NCBI GenBank assembly: GCA_030390025.1
Contig: CM059432.1
Location: forward strand, 115,694,001-115,758,000
Source of the DNA: Squalus acanthias
Lineage: Eukaryota
Reading direction: 5' to 3'
Length of the DNA: 64,000 nucleotides
The notes beneath the pieces are model-generated. The model was not told where the DNA came from. It did no database searches and worked only from the letters and a program-made list of their open reading frames with translations. A program made the position numbers and the translations under genes. This document shows positions 25,129 through 38,411 of the stretch, piece by piece (the first letter of the stretch is position 1; every line of letters starts with the position of its first letter).

Positions 25129-25683
25129 GGGGGCAATTTTAACCCCCCTAAATGGGTGAGTTTGGGTCAGGTGGGATGTAAAAATGTTAAAAATCTCACT
25201 TGACCCCAATCTGCCCACTTCCCGTTTTAACGGAGGTGGGCCTTGGGGAAACTATGCAGCTAAAGGGAGGTGAGGACTGCTGAATCCAACAGGCAAGTGC
25301 CTTTCAAGTGCCTTTCCACTTACCTGCTAGATCCAGCTTAGCTGCTTCCCCTCTACCCCCACCCCAGCCACGATCTCCGCCCCTCCTCCGATCTCCCCTC
25401 CGGCCTCCTTCTCCACTCCCCCCCGCACTGATCCTCCGATTGATCCATGGCCCCCAACCCACGATCTCTACATCCCTGCTCTCTGCTTCTTGGCTGCGGC
25501 CTGGTGCCGCAGGCCTTCGCGCCCAACAGCCTCTCAATCTGGCTGGCTGTGGCCGGGAAACTGAGACAAAATGTTAATGAGGCCCTGCCATTAAATTCGG
25601 CAAGGCCTGATGGAAATCCATTCTTCCGCGTTTCCCGACCGCAAAACAACCTCCCCCACCCCCTCCAAGTTAATATCGGGCCC
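25129..25683 (+). mobile_element. Harbinger-type MITE (unexpanded relative of 8586-11137)
   Basis: Ends GGGGGCAATTTTAAC / GTTAATATCGGGCCC, TSD ACA/ATA. Shares CCTCTCAATCTGGCTG...GGGAAACTGAG...AGGCCCTGCC.TTAAA with 10970-11040. Confidence 0.78.
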
Positions 25684-27411
25684 ATAGAGTACAAAAGCAA
25701 GGAAGTTATGCTAAACCTTTACAAAACACTGGTTAGGCCTCAGCTGGAGTATTGTGTTCAATTCTGGGCACCGCACTTTAGGAAGGATGTCAAGGTCTTA
25801 GAGAGGGTGCAGAGGAGATTTACTAGAATGGTCCCAGGGTGGAGGGACTTCAGTTATGTTGAGAGACTGAAGAATCTGGGATTGTTCTCCTTAGAGCAGA
25901 GAGGGTTAAAAGGAGATTTGATACAAGTGCTCAAAATCATTGATAGGAGTAAATAAGGAGAAACTGTTTACAGCGGCAGTAGGGTTGATAACCATTGGAC
26001 ACAGATTTAAGATGATTGGCAAAAGAACCAGAGATGACATGAGGAAACATTTATTTTACACAGCGAGTTGTTGTGATTTGGAATGCACTGCCTGAAAGGG
26101 CGGTGGAAGCAGATTCAATAGTAACTTTCAAAAGGGAATTGGATAAAGACTCAAAGGGAAAAAATTTGCAGGGCTAAGGAAAAAGAGCACAGGGGAGTGG
26201 GACTAATTGGCTAGCTCTGCCAAAGAGCTGGCACAGGCACGATGGGCTGAATGGCCTCCTACTGTGCTGTATCATTCTATGATTTGCACATAATTTCCCA
26301 TTAAACTTGCCACAGAAAGTTAGGGCTTATGATTAAGAGCGCAAGTACTCTTTTAACTACATGATAATTGTTAATGCAATGCCAATCAATCTCTCTGGCC
26401 CAGAGTGGGAACAATTTAAACTGTTCAGTCTCATTCCTGCATATAGTAAATTCTTCTTAGAGATTTAAAAACATTCTAAATTTTTTTCTCTCTTAATCCA
26501 ATCTTTCTTTGCCTCTCTTTATTTCTCTTTCTGTACCTGATTTGACTCTAATTCACCCTATTTCCTTCTCCGTCATTCCTCTGTTTCTTTCTCAATCCTC
26601 AAATCTCATTGGTTAAGGAGATAGACTGCTGGTCCCGCCGTTCAGCACGGTCGCAGATGCCTCGTTGCCTGCCCCGCACTGTTATCAGCGCGCACTTCCA
26701 GCAAGTTACGGCGCAAAAACATTTCGAGTTGAAGGGTGCAGGAAAAAGGCGAGACTTGGCCAATTCTGTTTCCTAAAAACTAGTGGTGGAGATTTCCACG
26801 TCTCTATCCCCATATACAAACATACTTTCATTGGCTAATTTCATATTTTAAACCAAAGTATCGAGCCTTCAATGTGTACAATAATGCGTGTATATCATGC
26901 GAGTTCACCACCACTGGTTTATTTTCATTGCTACTACATTGCATGCACTTAGAATTAAACCTCAGACACTGGAATATTTATCTGTTCAGGCAGCAGTTCG
27001 AAAGGGTTCTCCTGCACATACTCCTTTCCCCTGTGAGAAGGTAACATCTTTTCTTTTTTTTAAAAAGAAAGCCTGTACCCAAAGTTTGAAGCAAAATTCA
27101 GAATGACTGCAGTTTGGCTGAACTACTTCAAAGAAAAGTTGTGGCAGCTGAGAGCTGTCAGCGCAGGGTGAGTCCTCAGCAGTGAACAAAGCAGCTGCTC
27201 CAGTTTGATCTTGGATCCGATCTTAGTTGTGATCAAATGTAAACAAAGGGATTATCCACTGTGTCTTGGGCAGGCTGTGATGAAAGGAAGCTGCTGAGGA
27301 AACAACTTCCTTTGCACAATTGAAATTCATGTGTCTATGCAGTGCCAAGTTGATGTTCTGTGTGTAAGTTTACAATTACACATTTAGAATATCGATATTA
27401 AAAAAGCATAC

Positions 27412-27429
27412 TACTCCATCTAGTGGCTG
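27412..27429 (-). promoter_or_regulatory. Candidate CTCF site
   Basis: Minus strand CAGCCACTAGATGGAGTA matches the CTCF core; lies in non-repeat DNA. Confidence 0.4.
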
Positions 27430-27839
27430 TTGTGTGCTGCCACTTTGCTCCTCCATATCTTTCGTTTGGTGATTAAAAAGATTCCTGCCTCATGTAAATA
27501 TTACAGTTATAACGAAGAGTTAGCTTGAATCATGTCTTGGTCCAATCTCAGGCTAAAAGGACTCGCACTTGGCTCACGTGGCTGAGGTTTTCAGCTGAAC
27601 TCCTGAGTGACATTATGAACACAGGAAAACCACTGCGAGGGACCATGAGACCCATCAAGTCTCCTGCATCCAGACATGGTGCCCCACCAACGTCTTAACC
27701 ACACAATCTCCTGCAGAGAGACAAAAAAAAGGTAGCTGCCCTCGCCATCAAGACAGCACTCCACAATTATGGCACCAAGGAACCCTAGAAAAACTGAGGT
27801 CAATGGGAAAAGCCTCTAATGGATAGAATCATACACTGG

Positions 27840-29650
27840 AAAATGGTTGTGGGAAGTCAATCATCGCAGCCCCAAGATATTGATGCCTGGAACTTGTCCT
27901 CAATCCAACCATCTTCAACTGCTTCATTAATGACCTTCCCTCTGTTATATCATGAGAGGGACTGTTTGATGACAATTTAAGTGTACAGTTCCATTCACAA
28001 CTCCTCCAATATGGAGCAGCTTATGCCAGCCTACAGCAGAACGTGGGCAACATCCAGGTTTGGGCTGACAAATGGTAGGTAACATTCACACGACATGAAT
28101 CCCAGGCAATGACTATCTCCAACAAGATAAAGCCCAACCACCTCCCCCGCCCTTCAATGACACTGCTGAGTTCCCCACCATCAACAGCTTGGGGGGGTGG
28201 TCACCATTGACCAGAAGTTTAACTGAACCAGTCATTTAAAAAAAATTGTTCCTGGGATGTGGGCATCGCTGACAAGGCCAGCATTTATTGCCCATCCCTA
28301 ATTGCCCTTGAGAAGGTGGTAGTGAGCCACCTTCTTGAACCGCTGCAGTCTGTGAGGTGAAGGTACTCCCACAGTGCTGTTAGGGCGGGAGTTCCAGGAT
28401 TTTGACCCAGTAACGATGAAGGATCGGCGATATATTTCCAAGTCAGGATGGTGCATGACTTGGAGGGGAACTTGGGAGGTGGTGGTATTCCCGTGCGCCT
28501 GCTGCCCTTGTCCTTCTAGCTGGTAGAGGTCGCGGGTTTGGGAGGTGCTGCCAAAGAAACCTTGGCGAGTTGTTGCAGTGCATCTTGTAGATGGTACACA
28601 CTGCAGCCACGGTGCACCGGTGGTGGAGGGAGTGAATGTTTAAGGTGGTGGATGGAGTGCCAATCAAGCGGGCTGCTTTGTCCTGGATGGTGTCAAGCTT
28701 CCTGAGTGTTGTTGGAACTGCTCTCATCCAGGCAAGTGGAGAGTATTCCATCACACTCCTGTCTTGTGCCTTGTAGATGGTGGAAAGGGTTTGGGGAGTC
28801 AGGATCCGCTCTTGTTGCCACAGTACTTTTGGCTGGTCCAGTTAAGTTTCTGGTCACTGGTGACCCCCAGGATGTTGATGGTGGGGGATTCAGCGATGGT
28901 AATGCCGTTGAATGTCAAGGGGTGGTGGCTAGACTCTCGCTTGTTGGGAGATAATCATTGCCTGGCACTTAAGTGGCACGAATGTTACTTGCTACTTATC
29001 AGCCCAAGCCTGAATGCCATCCAGGTCTTGCTGCATGCGGACATGGATTACTTAATTATCTGAGGAGTTGCGAATGGAACTGAACACTGTGCAATCATCA
29101 GCGAACATCCCCACTTCTGACCTTATGACAGAGGGAAGGTCATATGAAGACTGTGGCGACACAATCAGGGCAGAGGTTGGGTATTCTGTGATGAGTATCT
29201 CACTTCCTGACCCCTCACTACCTCTCCAACATCTGTAATCAAGGGTGTGATGAAATACTCACCACTTACCTGGATGGGTGGCGCTGGAACTCAAGAAGCT
29301 CAGTATCATCCAGGACAAAGCCACCCACTGATCAGATCTCCTATATACTGTGGCTGTAGTATGTACTAACTCCAGGATGCACTGCAGCAACTCACCAAGC
29401 TTACTTCAACAGCACCTTGCAGCTCTGTAACGTCTATTACAGAGGAGCACAAGAGCAGCAATATCTTGGGAACACCATCACCTGCAATGTTCCCCTCCAA
29501 GTAGGCATTCCCTACCCAACACCATTGTGATAGGACCTTTGCAAGGACTTTAGCAGTTCCAGTAGAAAGTCCACTTCCAGCTTCTCAGGGCAAGTAGGGA
29601 TGGGGAATAAATGTGGCCTTGCCAGCATTGCTCACATCTCAACAATTTTT
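27840..29650 (+). mobile_element. Old LINE family B 3' fragment (+) split by a younger inverted copy of the same family (28240-29143, -)
   Basis: The degenerate copy stops at aactgaaccagtcattt and resumes at gactgtggcgacacaa. The inner copy encodes MEYSPLAWM...LHHRCTVAAVCTIYKMH. Confidence 0.8.
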
Positions 29651-31711
29651 TTTTTAAAGTAGAAAAACCTCTAGCAAATTCCTCACTGATCTCAAAGCAA
29701 TGATGAAAGATTCAGTGAGACTGCAATAGCCCATTACTTGGCATCAACCCAGTGACTAATGTAACCTCTATAATTGGGAATTTCATCTTCACTCAAATAT
29801 AACAAGTTCCCTTTTAAAGGAGTGCAGCGAATCAATCCCAGCCATGTTTTAGTAGTCCGTTTCAGAGGGCGACGACTCACTGCAAAATAATTACTTTCTG
29901 GCATCTCTTTGCCGAAGGATATTATATGTATACTCTCTCGTCTATCTACCTCAAATAACCTATCCAATCCATTCATTTTAAAAACCTCAATCATGTATCC
30001 AAGCCTGTATTTCTCTCTCGTAGTCCTAACTTCTGGAATCTATCCTCATAACTAAGAGCGCTAAAGCTATGGGTATCACTCTCTAGCCCTCCTCTGCAAT
30101 GTCTCCAGAGCCTCCGTATCTTCCGCCTTGTGTAGGGATTAAAACTGGCCTCAATACTCCAAGTGCAGATGCACCAAAGCCTTATATTGTCAAAGCCTAG
30201 TGCTCGTTTTATACTCATGGTCTTGGTATTACACCCTAAAGCCCCATTTGCCTACCCTATGGACACCCATCACCGCTTACACACATTCTATGCAACTTAT
30301 AACAATACTATAACAAAATACAACAAAGACCCATGGTATCCCCCTGTATTAACCAGCAAAACAAATTCTAGCATCATTCCCGACCTAATCAAGTGGGAGC
30401 TGGCAATTCAGTTGTCCACCAGAACAAAACTGAATGGTAAACTACAAATGGAAGGGGAAGGGGGCGAGGGCACAATATTTCTATACATTACACAGAGGAA
30501 CATTTTAACCAGCAAGATATTTCTGCAGTGTTTTTTATATATAAACATCTCAAACCACCTTACTCTGTGGCTGCTGGGCAGAGGGAAAAGGGACGGAGAG
30601 TAGAAAGAGTCAAGGGGAGGGGGAAGTGAAGGCACAGTTGAAGACAGGGAGGGAGATCCAGGGGTGTAGTGACTGAAAGAGTGACCAACATTGGTGGAGC
30701 AGAGGGAGTGGGGAAAAGCAATAACCTGGTGTCAGAGAAGTAGAGGGCGTGTGTGAGAATGTATGGCTAGAGCTAGATGGATGGCAGGGCAAGGCTATAA
30801 ACGGATTTGGAAGTAAGGATATTGAAGTCAATGAGCTGGAGCACACGGAACGGGAAGAGGATGGGGAAGTGCAGTGTGGTATTCGGAGTTGTTATAGACA
30901 TGGGGAGAGTTGCTAGGAGTGTGTTGGAAAAGTCGTGACTTAAGGTAATAAATGTATGTAGGGTTTATGTAGCAATATATCTTGAGGTTAACATATCTTT
31001 CTAATTGTTTAATGCAGCAGCTCAGCTCCTCTCAGTCATTGCCCTGTAAAACACTCCAGACTCTGCATATACAGAAAGTGTAGCCACTGCTGTTTTGTGG
31101 ACAATTTGCACTCCGCAGCACTCCACAAAATGACCAGATGTTTTTTGGTGGTTTTAGTTAAGGATGAATATCGACCTGGACATCAGAACTCCCTGTTGTG
31201 GGACCTTTCACCTGGATACATAGATAGGGCCTTTGTTTAATGTAGATCTTTTACATTCACCAAAATGCAGAGGCAAGGCCTTGGCTTAATGTCTCATTTG
31301 AAACACAGCACCTCTACTCGGCACTCCAGCCCTTAAAACTGACTTGAATAATGTCAGACTTTGCTCCAATTTCTTTATAGCAGGAATGTCGATGATGTGG
31401 AGTGGGGTGGGGGGAGAAGTGGGGGTGGGGAACCTTTGTGAAAACACTGCGCTGCCAGAAGAATCTGTGCCCTTGGTGTGAGGCCTGCTATTTCTCTCCT
31501 CCTCGGGCTTTTATGTCCCAGCTTGTTTTGCGAGCTTCTCCAGTTTCAATTTCCGACCCATTTACTGCCTCAGCTAGTCAAATCAGTCACGTGTTTGGTT
31601 TCTCTCATTCATTTTATGTTTTTTAATCACCTGATGTAAAGATCATCTCAGTCTACTAAAGATTTCCTGTTTTTCTTCTAATAGAATTAAAGATATACAG
31701 GTAAATAAACA

Positions 31712-31957
31712 TCGGAGAAGCATCCGGGAAGGCGCCGAATACCTCAAGTCTCTTCGCCGGGAGCAAGCGGAAGCCAAGCGCAAACAGCGGAAGGAGCGCA
31801 CGTCAACCCAAGCACCCCACCCACTCGCCCCTTCAACCACCGTCTGCCCCTGTGACAGAGACTGTAGGTCCCGCATTGGACTCATCAGTTACCCGAGAAC
31901 TCATTTTTAATGTGGAAGCAAGTCATCCTCGGTTCCAAGGGACTGCCTAAGAAGAAG
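31712..31957 (+). mobile_element. RTE-clade LINE 3' fragment
   Basis: Terminal CDRDCRSRIGLIS zinc-finger-like remnant, (AAG)n tail, 9-bp TSD AAATAAACA (31703-31711, 31958-31966). Confidence 0.82.
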
Positions 31958-33378
31958 AAATAAACAGGACAAAATATAAAAAGGAAAAAAAATTATTGAA
32001 AACACACAACAGAGCAGCGAATCCTTAAGAGAACCAAGAAAGTATCAGAATCTCTTAACAGTTGAGCGGAAATAACTCTGTGTTTTCTCCCCCTCCACTT
32101 TGTTTTAGTTCTGCTTAAATATTTGTTTAATTTTCCTTTCTTCAGTTCTGATGAAGGGTTACACCCAAAATGTTATCCTGTTTGATCTCTGCACAGATGC
32201 TGACTGACTTGCTGTTTCCGCTCTAACAAAACTGCCAGCAAAGTTCACAGGTCAGTAACTGGGTCTGTGGTGTGTAGATTCCCCAGCGCTTTCATAAGAG
32301 TTACTGGTACAGGTTAGTCATTTACACAAAATAGCTGACTAGTGCACACTTAAACACGTGTTGTTACTGCATTTTATTAGATAGATGTACAAAAATTTCT
32401 GATTTTTGAATTTGCAGTAACTTTTATAAAATCATTTGACACATTAAGTTACTTTATTGTAATCAAAAAGCACATCACCGGTAATCAGGTTACAGAGTGG
32501 TGAACAGAAACGCAAATTTGTGCAAAAGCAGTTGAATCACAGGCCACCCCCATCGAGAAGAAAACTTTTTTAAAAATGGCATATATAAAAAAATAGCAGC
32601 ATCATACAAATACACTTGAAGGAAACTATAAATAAGAAACATACCAACTGTCCAGTCACTTTTCAGATTATTTAGCTGTCCCTTTCAGAGTTAGTTTGAA
32701 AGCAGGAATCTTGGTATTTATTGTTCTCCAGTCTATCCACTTAATTACCACATTTAGTAACTGAATTACACATACACATGACAGCCCATCCCAGTGGCTT
32801 CCACTATTTTAGCTGACTTGCAGTTGTATTGAGAGTAATAATGTAATGATTGCACACTGAAACTGTCTCCAGAGAAAGTACTGGTTATCGCTAACTACTA
32901 AACATTGGAGTAAAACTTATCATCTCCAGGACTAACATAACCTGCTCATTTAAAAATGTAAAGACTAAAATTTGTACAAATTACTAAATGTGAAATTTAT
33001 TTTCAGCACACTCTTTGAAATAGCTTATCTCAGTTGAAGAATTGGTTGTTTAGCTCACTCAGTTGCCAGCACTTGTGGTGGTCTGCATTTAACATGGCAA
33101 TCAATACTGCTGACTGATAAAACATCCCCCTAAATCTGTGGCCAGTATCTAGTTAATCAATAACCCCTCGAGATTACAGATACCCATTTATGCGTATGTC
33201 TTGTTCCCATTCTGTACAATGAATGCAATCTGGTTGCAATTGTACTGTACATTTTGCTTATATCACACTCTTAATACCTTTTGACATGGGTTTAATTTGG
33301 TTCAAAGCAGCACAAAACTCTCTAGAAATCTCTATTTTTGGTGATTTTTTAAAATGCTGAAGGAGGCACTTTCCTACT

Positions 33379-33398
33379 TTGGCCACCTAGTGGCAGCA
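33379..33398 (-). promoter_or_regulatory. Candidate CTCF site
   Basis: Minus strand TGCTGCCACTAGGTGGCCAA, a close match to the CTCF core consensus, in non-repeat DNA. Confidence 0.45.
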
Positions 33399-34149
33399 AT
33401 GAGCACTTGCGGCTCAGGTAATGCCTCGGGTAGATTTCCAGTAAAACTCCCTTTTATTCTGGCTCCAATCGCAGAAGAGCACTTGGTAGCGTACCAGTGT
33501 TTTTTTTCCACCATTTCTCTCACCTGATATCCTTAAGGCCTCACTACCCCCCCCACCCCCATTTTGCAGTAGCAAACGGGAGCTGAATGATTCATTATAA
33601 AGTGGCTTGAATTGAGGGGGTGGGGGAGGAACCTGCATTTTCAGAAATCCACTAAGCATTTCGTAGGTCAGCTGTGCCAGACATGGGTTCAGATTTGGAT
33701 TTCCAGCCACTAAACAGCAGCATGAAAAGTAAAAGATCAGCATCAACTAAAAACCATGGCCACTACCAGCCTGCATCAGTTCTAATTGCACTTCTTGATA
33801 AAGTGCTTCTGCAAAAGATTCCCCCCACAAAGAGATAAAGTGAAGTTAAAAAAACAAAATAACTAAACATTCTAAATTCTAAAGAGTAGAACAAGCAAAA
33901 TTATGAGAACGTATATAGTCAAAACAGATCAAGAAAGCGTGCAAGCACATTGAGAGGGCCCCCAGCTCCGACTAAGGGAGGCCAGAATCCAAAGAAACCC
34001 TCAGAAAACAGCAAGGTGCAGCATGCAAGGGAAGAGGAAGAGAATTCCTACATAGGCCACACAAAAATTTAATAATGTAATGGGTGTGTGGGACAAATGA
34101 GCCGAGAACAGAGTGAATCACCTAATCTTTCACAGAACAGTAGCGACGC

Positions 34150-35237
34150 AGGCTAATAAGACCATTAAAAAAAAGCAAAAACGCTGGGGTTCATTTCCAG
34201 AGGGATAGAATTGAAAAGCAGAGAAGTTATGTTTAACTTGTATAGAACCTTGGATAGACCACACTTGGTGCACTGTGCACAGTTCTGGTCTCCAGATTAT
34301 AAAAAGGATATAGAGGCACTGGAGAAGGTGCAAAAAAGATTTACAGGGATACCAGAACTGAGAGGTTTATACCTAACAAGAAAGATTGAACAGGCTGGGG
34401 CTCTTTTCTACAGAAGAGAGAAGACTGAGGGATGACCTGATAGAAGTCTTTAAGATATTGAAAGGGTTTGATAGGGTAGAGGTAGAGAAGATAGAAACAT
34501 AGAAACTAGGAGCAGGAGTAGGCCATTCGGCCCGTCGAGCCTGCTCCACCATTCAATACGATCATGGCTGATCATCCAAATCCAGTACCCTGTCCCTGCT
34601 TTCTCACACAGAATCCCCATCGAGCCTGCACCGACACATATCCCACCCACCCCACGTATTTAATTCCCCCTAACATATCCCATCCTATCCCCGTAACTCC
34701 ACATATTTAATTCCCCCCTAACACTAAGGGTCAATTTATCATAGCCAAATCAACCTAACCCGCAAATTTTTGGACTGTGGGAGGAAACCGGAGCACCCGG
34801 AGGAAACCCACGCAGACACGGGGAGAATGTGCAAACTCCACACAGACAGTCACCCGAGGCCAGATTCGAATCCGGGTCCCTGGCGCTGTGAGGCACCAGT
34901 GCTAACCACTATGCCACCGTGTTGCCACTTGCAGGGGGATCAGAACTCAGGGCCACAAATAGAAGATAGTCGCTAATAAATCCAATAGGGAATTCAGGAG
35001 AAACTTCTTTACCCAGAGTGGTTAGAATGTGGAATTCGCTACCACAGGGAGTAGATGAGGCGACTAGCACAGATGCATTTAAGGGGAAACTAGATAACCA
35101 CATGAGGGAGAAAGGAATAGAAGGATATGTAGATAGGGTGAGATGAAGAAGGGCGGGAGGAGGCTTCTGTGGAGCATAAACACCGGCATGGACCTGTTGG
35201 GCCGAATGGCCTGTTTCTGTGCTGTACATTCTATGTA
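34150..35237 (+). mobile_element. CR1 3' fragment interrupted by a SINE
   Basis: LDRPHLVHCAQFWSP..., CR1 3' UTR and tail at ~35230. Confidence 0.85.
34491..34926 (-). mobile_element. tRNA-derived V-SINE (HE1-like) with CR1-derived 3' tail
   Basis: 5' GGCAACACGGTGGCATAGTGGTTAGC (A box) and GGATTCGAATC (B box); V-domain (plus-strand GGAGGAAACCGGAGCACCCGGAGGAAACCCACGCAGAC); 3' part matches the CR1 tail. Confidence 0.88.
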
Positions 35238-35259
35238 ACTATGTAGAAGTATATTCAAA

Positions 35260-35500
35260 ATGGGAGAACTCTGGGCAGGAATGGCAACAAACTTGAGTTT
35301 TGGGAGGGGAATGGGAGGCACAAATCTTGGAACCCGACAAATGCTGACCAAGCTTCTCGTGCTCCATCAGGGACAAGGAAGTCTCCTGTAGGAAAGGGAT
35401 ATCTCTTCTCTCCCTTTGGATAAAGGCCAGAGTTTTATGACATCCAATAGGACCGAGTGCGAATTCAGGGCAGTGATGCAGAGGGAATCCCATTACGCAT
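35260..35500 (-). mobile_element. L1/Tx1-like endonuclease N-terminal remnant
   Basis: KTLAFIQRERRDIPFLQETSLSLMEHEKL resembles the L1 APE motif DI.FLQETH. The degraded flank up to ~36630 may belong to the same element. Confidence 0.55.
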
Positions 35501-36638
35501 CAGGAAAAATCAATGCTAGCAAAAAAAGGTGGAATCACTTTGAAAACAGGGATGGTATCCTGGCTTAAAAAAAAAGAAACTAGTTAAGAAATTCAAAAAT
35601 GAGGAAAGCCAAAAAGTTTCTGGGATAAGAGCCAGTCAAAAGGCCCAAAACTGCCCTGCACCCCACCATCCACCGGTCCAAGAAGCCCAAGATAGGTGCA
35701 ATAAATACCCTGGATGTCAAACGATACAAGGAAAAAACTCAAACGATTAAAAGTTCTGCTGAAAAATCATGAAGCCAAGTTAAAACAAGTCAACAAAGCA
35801 ATCTCCAGAAAACAACTGGTACTCAGACAGCAAGTAGTGGCAGCACAAGGAGAGAACACACCAGCTTCTCTCGATGAGTCAGCTGCATAGGATCGTGAGT
35901 AGATGAGCTATACAGACCAGGGAGGTCCAAATCTCCACTCAGTCTCAACTGGCCTGTGGTCAGGCTGCTACCATTGACCCCTGGTTTAGGGAGGGAGCTG
36001 GAAGTGAACACAATCCGTTCAGACCAGGACTGGGTTGCTCCCATAGTTTGTCAACACCAACTGTCTAGGCTCACATGTGGAAAGCACCATGGAACTGTAC
36101 CCCAGTAAGCAGTCAATGCCTTTCAGGAGGTAGAAATATAAAACTGACCAAGCCAAACGCCCTGCAAAGGCAAGAGCAAATTATTCCACGATTGATTGCT
36201 GAGAAGACACGAAAGCCACCAAATCAGACTAAAACAAAGTCTACAAAAAATGTAGAGATCACGTGACCTGGTTTCCCTGGGGGGGGGGGGGGGGGGGGGG
36301 GGGGTGGAGAGAAAGAGAGGGAGGAGGAGCAGAGGGAGAAGTAGACTCCTAACTCCAAAATCCTTTTCGCTGCCCCGAGAGTAGAAAAGGCAGTGGTGGC
36401 ATCAGGGTGGTCAATGTGTAGGTGTACAAGTGTAACGCAGGCCTCGAAGGTCTTCTTCAGAATGAACATGCTTATTGGAGTCAAATACTGAGACAGTGAT
36501 TGAGCAGGTCAGGAGTTAAAACTCTGCAAGCGGTACAGAAATTCTGCAGTGCAAATTGGACATCAGATGAACTTCTGATAACATTTTCCTCACTGCGAAA
36601 GTTTACAAAATAAAATCCAACTGCTTGAGGGCAATTCC

Positions 36639-37592
36639 TAAGAACATAAGAATTAGGAGCAGGAGCCGGCCATTCGGCCCCTCGAGCCTGCTCCGTCATT
36701 CAATAAGATCATGGCTGATCTTCTACCTCAACTCCACCTTCCTGCACTATCCCCATATCCCTTGATCCCCTTAATATCCAAAAATCTATCAATCTCTGTC
36801 TTGAATATACTCAACGACTGAGTCTCCATAGCCCTCTGGGGTAGAGAATTCCAAAGATTCACCACCCTCTGAGTGAAGAAATTTCTCCTCATCTCAGTCC
36901 TAAATGGCCGACCCCTTATTCTGAGACTATTACACCTGGTTCTAGACTCCCCAGCCAGGGGAAACATCCTCCCTGCATCTACCCTGTCAAGCCCTGTAAG
37001 AATTTTATATGTTTCAATGAGATCACCTCTCATTCTTCTAAACTCCAGAGAATATAGGCCTAGTCTACTCAATCTCTCATAGGACAGTCCACCCATCCCA
37101 GGAATCAATCTAGTGAACTTTCGTTGCACTCCCTCTAAGGCAAGTATGTCTTTCCTTAGGTACGGAGATCAAAACTGTACACAGTACTCCAGGTGTGGTC
37201 TCACCAAGGCCCTGTATAATTGTAATACGACTTCTTTTACTCTTATACTCTAATCCCTTTGTAACAAAAGCTAACACACCATTTGCTTGCTGTACCTGCA
37301 TGTACACGAATCAGAGTTAACAAGGACACCCAGGTCCCTCTGAATACCAACATTTCCCAGTCTCTCACCGTCTACAAAAATATTCTGCTTTTTTATTTTT
37401 CCTACCAAAGTGGATAATTCTACATTGAGACAATATATTCCATCTGCTATGTTCTTGCCCACTCACTTAACCTGTCTATATCCCTTTGCAGCCTCCTCAC
37501 AGCTCACTTCCCCACCTAGCTTTGTATCGTCAGCAAACTTGGATATGTTACACTCGGTCCCCTCATCCAAGTCATTGATATAGATTGTAAAT
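36639..37592 (-). mobile_element. CR1 3' fragment
   Basis: YINDLDEG...[11 protein letters not shown] through FFTQRVVNLWNSLP and (CTTATGTT) tail. Confidence 0.92.
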
Positions 37593-37727
37593 TCGGATCT
37601 GTAGAGTGAGCAGTCAGAGAATAGTAGCCCCATCAATAGGGAGGTCAAGTACTTTTACCTCAACACACTTCAGAGAACTTTAAATTAAAAAAAAAAATCC
37701 ATCCCATTTTTCCTTTTAAAAAAAAAT

Positions 37728-38411
37728 GAATTCCTGGGTGTGGGAATCATGGCGAGGCTGGTTGAATTCCTGGGTGTGGGAATCATGGCGAGGCTGGTCG
37801 AATTCCTGGGTGTGGGAATCATGGCGAGGCTGGTCGAATTCCTGGGTGTGGGAATCATGGCGAGGCTGGTTGAATTCCTGGGTGTGGGAATCATGGCGAG
37901 GCTGGTTGAATTCCTGGGTGTGGGAATCATGGCGAGGCTGGTTGAATTCCTGGGTGTGGGAATCATGGCGAGGCTGGTCGAATTCCTGGGTGTGGGAATC
38001 ATGGCGAGGCTGGTCGAATTCCTGGGTGTGGGAATCATGGCGAGGCTGGTTGAATTCCTGGGTGTGGGAATCATGGCGAGGCTGGTTGAATTCCTGGGTG
38101 TGGGAATCATGGCGAGGCTGGTTGAATTCCTGGGTGTGGGCGTCATGGCGAGGCTGGTTGAATTCCTGGGTGTGGGAATCATGGCGAGGCTGGTTGAATT
38201 CCTGGGTGTGGGCATCATGGCGAGGCTGGTTGAATTCCTGGGTGTGGGCGTCATGGCGAGGCTGGTTGAATTCCTGGGTGTGGGAATCATGGCGAGGCTG
38301 GTTGAATTCCTGGGTGTGGGAATCATGGCGAGGCTGGTTGAATTCCTGGGTGTGGGAATCATGGCGAGGCTGGTTGAATTCCTGGGTGTGGGAATCATGG
38401 TGAGGCTTGTT
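37728..38411. repeat. 36-bp minisatellite, 19 copies (GAATTCCTGGGTGTGGGAATCATGGCGAGGCTGGTT)
   Basis: Head-to-tail units with no spacers and only point variants. Confidence 0.98.

Larger units (their letters stand above)
24495..26284 (+). mobile_element. CR1 3' half carrying two nested insertions
   Basis: [10 protein letters not shown] / KFADDT region through ATTCTATGAT tail, interrupted at 24908-25110 and 25129-25683. Confidence 0.9.

Noticed and set aside
34850..34926. tRNA gene
   Set aside because: The A/B boxes are the head of a V-SINE, followed by the V-domain and a LINE-derived tail.
37728..38411. CRISPR-like array (36-bp repeats) and 225-275 aa repetitive ORFs
   Set aside because: No unique spacers, no cas genes, vertebrate context. 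The ORFs arise because the 36-bp unit lacks stops in several frames.
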